From: Acanthaster planci
Taxonomy: Eukaryota
DNA length: 63,857 bases
Direction: 5' to 3'
NCBI RefSeq assembly: GCF_001949145.1
Contig: NW_019091361.1
Span: 558,144-622,000, forward strand
Part shown: positions 11,030-22,519 of the stretch, piece after piece
How positions within the stretch are numbered: the stretch's first letter is position 1
How the letters are laid out: each line of letters begins with the position of its first letter
The notes under the pieces: model-generated
The model's database searches: none
Told to the model about the DNA's origin: nothing
Seen by the model: the letters and a program-made list of their open reading frames with translations, nothing else
Program-made: the position numbers and the translations under genes

Positions 11030-13320
11030 GGGGCTTGTGATGACTTCTAGGGACTTGTGATGGACTTGTAGGGACTTGTGATGAACTTACAGGGACTTGT
11101 GACGGACTTACAGGGACTTGTGATGACTTATAGGGACTTTTGATGGACTTACAGGGACTTGTGATGGACTTATAGGGACTTGTGATGACTTATAGGGACT
11201 TGTGATGGACTTGTGATGAACTTACAGGGACTTGTGACGGACTTACAGGGACTTGTGATGACTTATAGGGACTTGTGATGGGCTTACGGGGACTTGTGAT
11301 GGGCTTACAGGGACTTGTGATGGGCTTACAGGGACTTGTGATGGACTTGAATACAACAGTGGTTGTAACACATAGTAATATGCATAAAAACAAATTGAGC
11401 TAAACATCCACACACAGCATGTTTCCTGTCACGTTGAATCTGAATCGGCAGCACAGTGTTTCAAGTGCCCTGCATTGTGACTGAAAGGGGAGTTTGGAAC
11501 CTTACAGCTCAGCTGTAGTCTTTACCTCCATGGCCCCTAAAATGTTCCCATGAACAATTCAATTTAAAGTGCCCTTGACCCATAGGTAGCTTTACCTAGT
11601 CTTGTGTGGCTATGAGACTGTTTTTGTACACTTGGGTCTGTTTCCTGGCAAAAGTCATTCAGGGTGTCATTAGTTACAGACACGCAATATCCTGCATTTC
11701 ATAATGAGACCGTGGAAGCATTCTAATGTAAAAAACATTGCCAGGTCCATTTTCATGTGCAGACATGATGCTCTCATTTACACACGTTATTCCAGTGATT
11801 TATCTTTGCAACTTGGATGTAATGGAACTGAACATGACTTGCTGGTGAGCCGCTCTGACCAGCAATATTCAATCAAAGGTCCCCATCATAATGACACAAG
11901 GTCACAGTGATGCCAGTAGATAGTTTAAGCCAATTTGTGTTCTCCATCACTTGACAATGAAGTCACCATCCAAAGATGTCCAATGTTAAACAAATGACAC
12001 CAAGCTGCTAATGAACAAAGAGCAAACAGTTTAAGCAAACGTCACTCTCTGTCCGTCAAATGAACTATGAAATACAAACAATGAAAAACAAATTCCAAGA
12101 ACTTNTACGGGGACGTGTGATACGCTTACAGGGACTTGTGATGGACTTATAAGGACTTGTGATGGACTTATAGGGACTTGTGATTGACATGTAGGGACTT
12201 GTGATGAACTTACAGGGACTTGTGATGGGCTTACTGGGACTTATGATGGATTTATAGGGACTTGTGATGGGCTTACAGGGACTTGTGATGGACTTATAGG
12301 GACTTGTGATGACTTATAGGGACTTGTGATGGACTTGTAGGGACTTGTGATGAACTTACAGGGACTTGTGACGGACTTACAGGGACTTGTGATGACTTAT
12401 AGGAACTTGTGATGGACTTACAGGGACTTGTGATGGGCTTACAGGGACTTGTGATGGACTTACAGGGACTTGTGATGGGCTTACGGGGACTTGTGATGGG
12501 CTTACAGGGACTTGTGATGGGCTTACAGGGACTTGTGATGGACTTGAATACAACAGTGGTTGTAACACATTGTAATATGCATAAAAACAAATTGAGCTAA
12601 ACATCCACACACAGCATGTTTCCTGTCACGTTGAATCTGAATCGGCAGCACAGTGTTTCAAGTGCCCTGCATTGTGACTGAAAGGGGAAATTTGGAACCG
12701 TACAGCTCAGCTGTAGTCTTTACCTCCATGGCCCCTAAAATGTTCCCATGAACAATTCAATTTAAAGTGCCCTTGACCAATGGGTAGCTTTACCTGTCTT
12801 CAAAGACTACAGTTGCAGATGTGGCTATGAGACTGTTTTTGTACACTTGGGTCTGTTTCCTGGCAAAAGTCATTCAGGGTGTCATTAGTTACAGACACGC
12901 AATATCCTGCATTTCATAATGAGACCGTGGAAGCATTCTAATGTAAAAAACATTGCCAGGTCCATTTTCATGTGCAGACATGATGCTCTCATTTACACAC
13001 ATGTTACTCCAGTGATTTATCTTTGCAACTTGGATGTAATGGAACTGAACATGACTTGCTGGTGAGCTGCTCTGACCAGCGATATTCAATCAAAGGTCCC
13101 CATCATAATGACACAAGGTCACAGTGATGCCAGTAGATAGTTTAAGCCAATTTGTGTTCTCCATCACTTGACAATGAAGTCACCATCCAAAGATGTCCAA
13201 TGTTAAACAAATGACACCAAGCCGCTAATGAACAAAGAGCAAACAGTTTAAGCAAACGTCACTCTCTGTCCGTCAAATGAACTATAAAATACAAACAATG
13301 AAAAACAAATTCCAAGAACC
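11030..13320. repeat. Tandem duplication of ~1.1-1.2 kb (minisatellite plus ~760-bp unique segment): 11030-12104 and 12106-13320
   Basis: Segments starting GGACTTGAATACAACAGTGG and ending AAATTCCAAGAAC are near-identical apart from a few SNPs and a ~20-bp indel near 12800. Each copy ends at an N. Confidence 0.9.
12108..12546. repeat. 21-bp minisatellite, second array
   Basis: Same GGACTTACAGGGACTTGTGAT unit, about 20 copies. Confidence 0.95.
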
Positions 13321-14758
13321 TNAGCTTTGAATGACACCACTAACTTTGAAAACTTGAAAGTGCATGATTTGTTGCTTTCTTTTGAGTTCTTTCTCAAAAC
13401 AAAATTGAAAGGATGTGTCAACATAATCTCTTTACCCCAGTATTTCAAACAAGCAACCAGCCTGAAATCCGTTTGCCTTTGAGAGTGGTGACAATCCCCC
13501 GAGCTTTTTTTGTCTAATCACTGACATCAGCCAACGATGGCCTTCGGTGTCAATGGGTATAGCAATCAGGTGGGGAACAGTACACACAGTCGTCCATACG
13601 GGACCACCAAAGGAAAGGCGGCCAAATCCCTCTTAATTTCTCAGCAGAAGTCGTTGATATGGGGCGGCTGCTTGTGTTGATCGATTGTGTTACCAGCGCC
13701 AGAACCCTGACCCAATTTTTGGACTTGATGATGAGCTAGCCTTTCATAAATAACTGGATTTTTTCCAAGGCTAACTAATTCATGCAGAGAATCGAGACCT
13801 CACAATTCACCGTAAAGGTAATGATCATTATGGATCAGGTTTAGGGATAATATCCATTTAACCTTGCTCAGCAAATTGTCTGCTATATGCATTGGCTCCC
13901 TTCTGCAAGTTGCAACCTGCAGAAAACACACAATGTATATAGCATATCCACCAGTAAGTCATGACAGGGCAGAGGATTTTACACCCAGTTCACAGAGATT
14001 TACTTTTTCTTAAACAAGAACCTCAGAAACAACTGCAACAACTGAAATTTCACAGACTCAAAAGAAAAGACTAACATTTTATCTGTTGTGTATTTTGTTG
14101 CTAAGTATGCAGCACACACTAGCAGTAACACCCATGTTGGTGTTACCTTGTGTAGTTAAGAAAACTCGATGAAAACACTCATTTTCCTTGAAATACAAAC
14201 ACTTATTTTGAGTATTTTTTTACAGTTTCCTTGACAGCTTGTTCTCAGTTTGCTACAGGTAACCCTAACCCCCCCCCTACCTCTAAACCTCATTTCCAGA
14301 AAGGGGTTGACCTTGTGTGGACGTGGCTAAGTCCACACAAGATTCACTTAACCTGCATTATGCGGACCTCTTTTGTTCACGGGTCCACACTCCATGTAGT
14401 TATGAAAGGTCTGTAAACTAATAATCTCTGCTTGTTCACCTAATATGTTGCCAAGAAGATATATGGATAAGCATTTCCAATATGACTTTATCAACCCCCA
14501 AACCCAAGCTGAGTCTCTGCTGTAACACTCAGTATTGCATGGACAAGTGGCAGATTATCCAAAGTAATTTTCAAGCCACCTGGTCTGTAAGCCATGGAAA
14601 ATAAACAGAGGAAAAATGTATTCACTTTGTCACTATTCATCCCCTGCAACTAACTTGTGTTGGATTTGTGATTTGAGGAAGATGGGCTTGTGATGTAGCA
14701 TGTAATGGGACAGTAATTTGATTTGTGTTGGCCTTGTGGTGATTTGAAATGTGGTGAC

Positions 14759-14955
14759 TGACCTCCTGCTTACTAGTGCAGAAGTCGTAACCACTCGACC
14801 ACTAAGCTTGCCAGGGTTGACTGGCCGGTCCAAGTCTGGTGTAAGCTTGTGAATTTTTTCGCAAGCTCTCGGACAAGCACTGAGTATATAGTGTTTAGTG
14901 TTTATAAGTATACAAATAATTAAGAATTAACATCTCTCCGACGCAAAGTACATCT
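14759..14955. mobile_element. Rearranged tRNA-derived SINE fragments (5' half on minus strand, 3' half on plus strand)
   Basis: 14759-14843 reverse-complements to ...GGCAAGCTTAGTGGTCGAGTGGTTACGACTTCTGCACTAGTAAGCAGGAGGTCA. 14841-14955 matches the 3' body of the copy at 15088-15208 (GTAAGCTTGTGAATTTTTT...ACGCAAAGTACATCT). Confidence 0.7.
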
Positions 14956-14964
14956 TGATAATAA

Positions 14965-15208
14965 TTTGTGGTACCCACTGCTACACCTGACTCGAACCGG
15001 CCAGCGGACCCCGGCAAGCTCGGTTGTCGAGTGGTTAAAACGTCTGTACTAGTAAGAAGGAAGGTTGTGGGTTCGAGTCCCACCCAAGTAAGCTTGTGAA
15101 TTTTTTGCAAGTTCTCGGACAAGCATTGAGTATACAATTTATAAACATATTTACGTTGGGTAAGGGCAAAACCCATAATTAACAAATCCCCCTACGCAAA
15201 GTACATCT
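14965..15208 (+). mobile_element. tRNA-derived SINE-like element
   Basis: Pol III A-box-like TGTCGAGTGG (15025-15034) and B box GGTTCGAGTCC (15070-15080) at tRNA spacing, followed by a non-tRNA body shared with neighbouring copies. Confidence 0.78.
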
Positions 15209-15220
15209 GGACATGTTAAC

Positions 15221-15694
15221 ATGATTTGACTTGTGATGGACGTATGATATGACTTCTAATGGACTTATGATTTGATCTGTGAGGGACAAATGATTTGACT
15301 TGTGATGGATTTATGATTTAACTTGTAATGGACCTATGATTTGATCTGTGATGGACTATTTCAAAGATGGATTTGCGCTTGGGAGATGTAAATTAATTTT
15401 GGAATTTGCCCTGCCCGACGTGTGTTTAACACTGTGTACTCAGTGTATGCCCCCGAAGGCTCGTGAAAAACCCACAAGCATACTCGGGTGGGACTCAAAC
15501 CCATGACCTTCTGCTTACTAGTGCAGATATGTCTTAACCACTTGACCACCGAGTTTGCAAATAGTTGTTTGCGGTACCCACTGCTACATCCGATTCAAAC
15601 CAGCCAGCTGACACCGGCAAGCTGGCATGATTTGACTTGTGATGGTCTAATGATTTGATCGGTGATGGACTTATGATTTGACTTGTGATGGACT
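15221..15694. repeat. Degenerate 23-bp minisatellite (ATGATTTGACTTGTGATGGACTT), about 6 units at 15221-15358 and about 3 at 15628-15694, split by a SINE
   Basis: Periodicity visible directly; shares the 17-nt core GACTTGTGATGGACTTA with the 21-bp array. Confidence 0.85.
15391..15558 (-). mobile_element. tRNA-derived SINE-like element, inverted copy; a plus-strand 5' leader fragment follows at 15568-15623
   Basis: Minus strand CTCGGTGGTCAAGTGGTTAAGACATATCTGCACTAGTAAGCAGAAGGTCATGGGTTTGAGTCCCACCCGAGTA is homologous to 15018-15090. Confidence 0.75.
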
Positions 15695-15729
15695 TTGTAA
15701 CAACTTGGTACGACAGGAGCCATTCCTAC

Positions 15730-16537
15730 CAGGTGATATTATCGTGATTGCCTGCAGTAACGCATACTCTTCCTTAGTCAGCTGCATGCTGTGCAGAGCT
15801 TGTACAAACTTCAATGAAGGCTGGGCTGAGGTGGCAAAGCCAGATGCTAGCATGGCCTCAATGCTCCACTCACTCCCTGTGATGTCATCAACGATGGAGT
15901 TGCGCTCTGGAATGTAGTTCTCCGCGCACCTTATCATGAGGATTTCCAGGATGGCATTCTTGACCAGAACGGCCTGGTCTTCATAGGATAGATTCCTGAA
16001 GGCAGGTATGGCTTTAGTGAATGCGACAGTCTGTCGGATGACCACGCCCAACAAGGTCATGTTGTAGATGATCATCTCCTGTGTTATGCAGGGCTTCATG
16101 TGAGTAGCTGAAGCGGGCAGAACCCTAGCCTCTGGTTTAAGTTCTACGTTACCCATGCAAGATGAACCGTGCTTGTCGCTTATATTTTCATACCCCATGT
16201 CCACCACCTCTTGTTTAATGCGCATCTCTGGTTGTGGGGGGGCTGTCTCTGGGTGTGACTCTGAGGAGTGTTCTGAGGACGAGTTATTGCAGTTCTCTCC
16301 TGGTAATTGGCTCATGTCAAACCCACTAAAGCCAGGTGCCATAGGAGGGCATAACTGACTGAGGTCCATAGGTCCATGAGGCCTCACACCGTTCTGTTTA
16401 TGTCCAGGCATACCACAGAAGCCGGGGAATTTCATCATGTTACTCATATCCATCATTCCACCTCCTGGAGGCATCCCAGACTGACCCGTTAGAGCTTCCA
16501 TCATCTTTTGAAGGATTTCATCAAATCGCCCAGTGGG
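15730..16537 (-). CDS. Nuclear receptor exon: long low-complexity H1-H3 insertion plus ligand-binding domain helices 3-8
   Basis: Acceptor ccttttgtcttttcag|CCC (phase 0). Contains the LBD signature VAFTKAIPAFRNLSYEDQAVLVKNAILEILMIR and LKFVQALHSMQLTKEEYALLQAITIISP. Donor CCTG|GTAGGA at 15730/15729, phase 1; 808 nt open. Confidence 0.93.
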
Positions 16538-17356
16538 CTGAAAAGACAAAAGGAAAATGCCAATGCAGGTGTAGGTGCCACTGGTAACAGGTGTAATGAA
16601 AGAAACAACAAAAACAACTCATTGTAACCTGTATAATATAGCAATACTTGGAGCCTTACATTGGTTGGACACACCAATTAACAAGTGTACCATGTTCCAC
16701 ATGCTCATTCATGTTATTTCTTGTTAATGTTCATTCACTACAGGCTTGACTAATTGCGAATTACAAAATGTGAAGACTTCAATGGTATCATGGGCAATTC
16801 TCTTGAAAGCACAGCATCAATTTTTCAACTTTTGCTCCACTAATGCTCCAACAGCTCCATGCAGATGTATCTGACCTTGGGCAGAACTGTGGGTCTCTTA
16901 TTATGTGTGAATATATTTTATTTTGGGGGGAGGGGACAGAAATGGTATTGGTGGAATGAAGTTATGAACACTCCACTCCCCACTTCTAACAACTATTGTG
17001 GGTATTCAGCAGAGCCAAGAGATACTGACGTATCAGGGTCACAGACAGGTTGCTTAATGTCTGAAACTCTCAGGAGTTCAAGTGCAACAGTGTATGGCAT
17101 CTTCCACCACTGGAATTGTCTTGGACAATCAGATCTGGCTGATTCCCCAAGGCCATTCTAGCAGTTACCCGCTATAATAACAGACTTGTTCATGCCCATC
17201 CAATGGATGACAAAATTGCAGTTTTACAGTTGTTCTGTTTAAGTTTAGCTTCATACGAGTGCATTACACATTACAGAACTTTGCAGTTTGACTAGGTGTC
17301 TATCAAATTGCCAACTTTGACACTATTACTCAATGACATGTCTAACATGGACTTAC

Positions 17357-17586
17357 TTTAACTGGTGCACTGGTATGAAGAGCGTCATACTTGGCCTTCT
17401 TCAAACTGTCTATTAACTCCTCCTGATCTCTGCTCAGCACAGGTGTGGTTTCGGGGGTGGACACCGATGTGCTGACAGGTGGGGCTAGCTGCTGAGGAGG
17501 GGGTGGAGGAGGTACCTGGTTGTTTTTCTTCTTATTCTTGCGCTCCAGTGGTTTTCTTGTCTCAAGACGTTTTTCATCCCACACCC
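17357..17586 (-). CDS. Nuclear receptor exon: basic C-terminal extension/NLS-like segment, Pro-rich hinge and ligand-binding domain helix 1
   Basis: Acceptor tctttctttgcag|GG completes phase 1 (A+GG = R, giving MKPERVWDEKRLETRKPLERKNKKKN). It continues PPPPPPQQ and LSRDQEELIDSLKKAK, which resembles VDR/PXR helix 1. Donor AAA|GTAAGT at 17357/17356, phase 0; 230 nt. Confidence 0.88.
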
Positions 17587-20500
17587 CTGCAAAGAAAGAT
17601 AGAAATGTCACACTGAAACAATTTACCCCTAACAGGAAGGTATGAGGGTCTGCTGTCTGATATTAAAACCAAAATGTTAAGTTTACTAAATCTCTCATCT
17701 GAGACAGAACAAATACTAAACCGCTATTTAAAAATACCTCAAACAATTTTGTCATTTGTATTGGTCGACAGCCCATCATGTAACCAGTCTTAAATGACCG
17801 ATAAAGCCACTGATTGGCTGTACACCACCTCATGTAAACTGCATGAAGCAGGTGACCATTGCCATATAACATGGCTTGAGTGGTACTTGAAAAAAAAAAA
17901 GAAGGTATTAAACAAACTCATTAGAAATGTATAATTTGTTGAAAACTTGTTTTGACTTTGTGACTCAAAAGATTTTTATAAAATGGGAATAGGTACCTTT
18001 ATGTTCTTGGCCTGTAAATGTTTGTTTAAGAGGAGAATAGAGACTGTCCTAGGAGAATGGACACTGAAATTTATCTCGAGCCAACTGGAGATATTATCAG
18101 AATCCAACTCCTAGGCTGACTTTAAATAAATGTTTTCTTGCCAAGCACATTATTTTTAAAAGCCAAAGCCACCAAAAAAAGTAATTTCATTTTTAATTTC
18201 TTTTCAGAATAAATTCAATTGTCAAACATAACCATGCAGATAAACGGAAAGCAAAGATGTTTAAAGGACTTTCAATTCAGGTAAAACACAACTGTAATAA
18301 CATTGGATTGAAATTGGCGTACATGGTCAACTACGCTTCTGGAAATAATTTTCTAGGATGCTGCGACTCAGATTTATTTGTTGATATCCTTCTACCTCTG
18401 GGAGGAGGGGTTGCTGCATGTAATTCAGTTGAAGCAGCTACGCTACCCACCCATAAGGCTCCAATCAGCCCACAAGACAGAACAAAATACACACATCTAC
18501 ATGTATTTTCATCCGCTACAGGTAAAAACAAAATAGAGAGAAAAGTGCACGCGTACCGTGTGTATACATCCTATAGTTATTATTTCACCGTCTATTAGTA
18601 CTAAGCCCAGGAGTCAGTGGGCATTCCGTACTTGAATTAATGCGTAATTTCAATGCCAGATGTGGTATGGGGCAATGCAGCGGATGTGACCATCGATCCA
18701 GGCTAGTATGCAGCCGAGTGTGTGTTATTTGCCCCAGCAACTGTAAAGCCTCACTTGTGCATTTATTCTTTCCTTCCCCAGAACTGTCTTCGGATATAAC
18801 GTCAATATACAGAGGGATACGCTGCTGAAAATGACTGCTATTCTTAACGGCCTAAGGCTATTCCACCTCCCTTCACACAAAAAAAGACTGGTTTTTTCTT
18901 TATTTGTGGTCACTTTTTCCTCCCCCTCCCCCCCTTTCGTTTTTCAAGACACTGGTTTTCTGCATGGCCGGTTGCTACATAGTGCAATTTTCACAGTAAT
19001 TTTCCATGTTCTTCACAGTCTGGTCTTGTCCGTCTGATACTACGGGACGCATATAAAAAGTAGCCAAGCATGCAATCACATACACATGTAGCTACACGTA
19101 CATCCGACTTGCAAAATGAGATGAGAAAAACACAGCAGCAAATCACTTCTTTAAAAAACGGTATCAAGTTTACATGTATGGAGGGGCCAATTGAAATTTT
19201 TTAATCTTCTTCCATCTTTCAAAATATTAAACACTGAACAAAACTTACATGTACATGTAAAAAAAAAACAAAAGTTGAGAGTATGAGAGTATTAACAAGC
19301 ATCCAGGCTTACATTTCTTGAATAACACATTCCAAACAGTGTCTTGTCATATCAGAAATTCCCATCATATTTATATTCTTCAAAACTAAACACAACATCT
19401 CAAGCACACTCTCGGGAAAAAATATATAATAAAATGTCTTCATGAAATCTCCAGCAAAGGTTGGGCTTGGAGCCAAGGGTGAAAGAACATGTGTGCGAAT
19501 GTCAGCTGGAGGTGAAGGCTGCATAGAGAGGGCCTTTGGCAAAATGCCCATTTTAAACAAAGACTTAATCTATGGGTCCACTGAGTGAACAAAAGAGAAT
19601 GTTTGTTACCTAACGGTGATGTCCCTTGGGACCAACAAACCATGCAGGCAAGAACTGCCATAGGCATGAAATCATCCGCATACATATGCCAAATATGCAT
19701 GGCGAGAAATTTCACTTGTATTGCAAAATACTACAGTTTGTTAAGTTTTGCTGTTCAAACTATCACGAACTGCCATAAATGTCTCTGCTTCATAAGTTTA
19801 AAAAGGCATGGTATTTTGCGAAATGATTTTGCTAAAGGGATGAGCTTACTGACAGGCAAGTAAATTTTGTGCATTTCTCATCTGAAATAAACGGACAAAA
19901 ACAAACACAGCCAAGAGTCAGCCCACATGGGTACTTATAAAAGGAGGCCATTTTGGGAAAGCATTTGGTGCTAAAGTTGCTGTGCTTGAAATTTTTTATT
20001 AATGCCAGATTGTGGAAACATTTTCATGGGAGACAGCCATCAACATGACAACACTCAAGACCTACTTTCATTCCTTGTGATCTACTGTGCATGTGGTTTC
20101 ATGCTTATGGTCTTGTTTTTTTTCTTCAAATTTTTAAAAATTCATCCAACACGGGTTTTGTGTCCTGCATGCAGTTTTCAGTAAGAAAAGTCTGAAGGAA
20201 AAGCTGGAGAGAATGTCAATGGAGTGGGATGGAGTGATCACGTAGAGCAGACTTAACCACAGGACTGCTGGGGATGATCTGACAAAAAAACGGCACCTAC
20301 TGCTTGACAATACATGCTAGGTCTCAGGGTCAGAGGAAGATATGAGGGGGGCTCAATTACCAATTATTGGGACTTAGTGTGAATGCTTCTGTGTAATGAT
20401 TAAGGAACAGGTACCAGTAGCTTAAGATTAATTGATGCAGCCTTTGTGGTATCAACTGACCAGATCTATGGCCTGTTTTTTTTAAAATATATATATCTCA

Positions 20501-22519
20501 TGAAAGATTTTGACAAGCTTGAAAGGTACATTAGTTCCACATTGATAGGACTATATGTACTTCTCTCTGCAACGTACTCTTCAATATTGTAGTGCAGACT
20601 CCTAAGTCAAACTGATTTTAGGGGATTCCTATGTAGAGTGCTAATAAAGTTAGTTTGGACAGGGAATTAGGACTGGTAATATGAAAGTATTGTGAAAAGT
20701 GCATGTACAGTAATAGTTGATTACTGTGATCGCCTACACCTGCTCTCTCAGACTTAGTTTTTAGAACACCTGTATCTCTACATCCATTATTGAGTTATAC
20801 AGCATCCCATATCATTTATGTACTGACCCGATGGAAAAGTGAGGGCAGTATGATGTAAACATGTACTTTTTGCAGAATTTCAGACAAGCAAGCAACCAGT
20901 GAATCCTACATGTATATTGATTACATCTACAAATCTAATTTAAATTCACGTACAAATACAGGATATGGCAAAATATATGGGAGAAAAAAATAAAATGTAC
21001 TTGGAAAAAAAAAATCCTGCCTTTCCCAAGAGGAACAACACCTTGAACCTAAATGTGTGCGGTTTCAAGGTAATTGGATAATAGCTACAGGTTGTGACTG
21101 CTTTGCATTAGGGAGTGTCTACTCAAGAACTAAGAGTACAATCTTCCATCCACACATCTCACTCTAAGATGGGTCTGGCTTCAATAAACTGTCATGTCTG
21201 GATCAGAGGGGAGAGGATAAGGACAAGTAACTCTGAAACTTGATCAATCAACGAGCTGCAAGGCCTTGAAACGGTTCCCTCCCTAGGTGAAGGTCGTTTG
21301 GGTAAAAAGTCAAGTCATCCGCATCATCCATGTTATGGTGTCTTCTGCTTGAATACAGAAAAAGCTGCAGTTTGGATGGTGTTCAATGGAGTTTTCTAAT
21401 TTGAATGGGTTCCGTAGTCAAAGACATGAAGGCACTAAATTATACGTCACTTTTAATAAGCACAGATTATCATAGTTCATGAAGACAATACTTCCGTATT
21501 CTTAACCACAATAAATTTTTTTCTTAACGAAAACTACAGCACAACATCAACAACCAAGCACACACACAGTATTAAATGATCAGAACATTAATACCAACTT
21601 GTGTGGTTTCAAGCCCGCTGGGTACCGGTACATGTGTATCTGCTTAAAAACTGAGACGGTGGTCAACTAAAGAGCAGCATGGTGTTACTGCAGATAAATA
21701 CCTGCACATGTTTCTTCTCATGAAAACTGAATGTCATGAAGTCAAGTACAGTCAAGGCCAGACCCCATAAATACAATGTAATGTGAGTCCCCAGCTACAT
21801 TAAGTACATGTGAGCAAGGTTACCAATGTCTACCAGATGTGGGTAAGGCGCGCATGCATAACGACCATGCAATGTTGCATTTGCACATTACTTCAACATG
21901 GCAGTCTTTCCATCTTTGAAAACTCACTTATTACAAGACACTAGAAATGTTCAGGAAGAGCCTCATGCTGCGACACAGGGTACAGTGTTCTGTCATATTT
22001 GGCTTTTCAGTGATTGTTCATTTACAGACTGACCAGTTTGACTTGTTTGTTCTGTAAATAGGCAGAAGAGGAGATTCTGAATCTCTATTTACTTTAAATA
22101 TGCACGCTTAGCAGTGTCCTCTCAAAGACAACAAACTGAATTGAAAGACAATACTCAAAACAAACCCCCCCTCCAAAAAATGGTGCCCTTTGTGAAATTG
22201 TAAGTATTCAGTGTATGTGCTTCACAATTGTTATTTCATTCATTAAAAAATACTTGTATATGAAATATTTTCATAAAAAATCTAGACACTAAACTTGGAG
22301 GCTCATAAACATTGAGCCTATGCTCAAACACCGTTTATATGTTCTTATGTTGGAGGCATCTATAGATATTTAGGTGAGTTATACCCAGAAGTTTTGACCA
22401 ATAAGTGAAAATACATGTATGTGCATGGTGCACCTCAGTAACCCATGTACATGTAGCTGCCAGTTGTGATCTCTGACTTCAGTCCATTTCCAAGTATCGA
22501 AGATCATAAAGGGACTTAC

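Larger units (their letters stand above)
10555..11349. repeat. 21-bp minisatellite (GGACTTACAGGGACTTGTGAT)n, interrupted by a non-repeat insert (~10694-10787) and an assembly gap
   Basis: Tandem units visible directly; they generate the spurious VSPSQVP / MDLQGLV ORFs. Confidence 0.95.

Noticed and set aside
10555..12546. Possible CRISPR-like array
   Set aside because: Units are contiguous with no unique spacers, the context is eukaryotic, and there are no cas genes.
10552..12610. ORFs with VSPSQVP / ITSPCKP / MDLQGLV repeats, superficially mucin- or CTD-like
   Set aside because: They are translations of a 21-bp minisatellite with frameshifting unit deletions, lying inside an intron.
15018..15090. 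Functional tRNA gene
   Set aside because: A and B boxes are present, but the acceptor and anticodon stems pair poorly, and diverged copies with shared non-tRNA flanks indicate a SINE.
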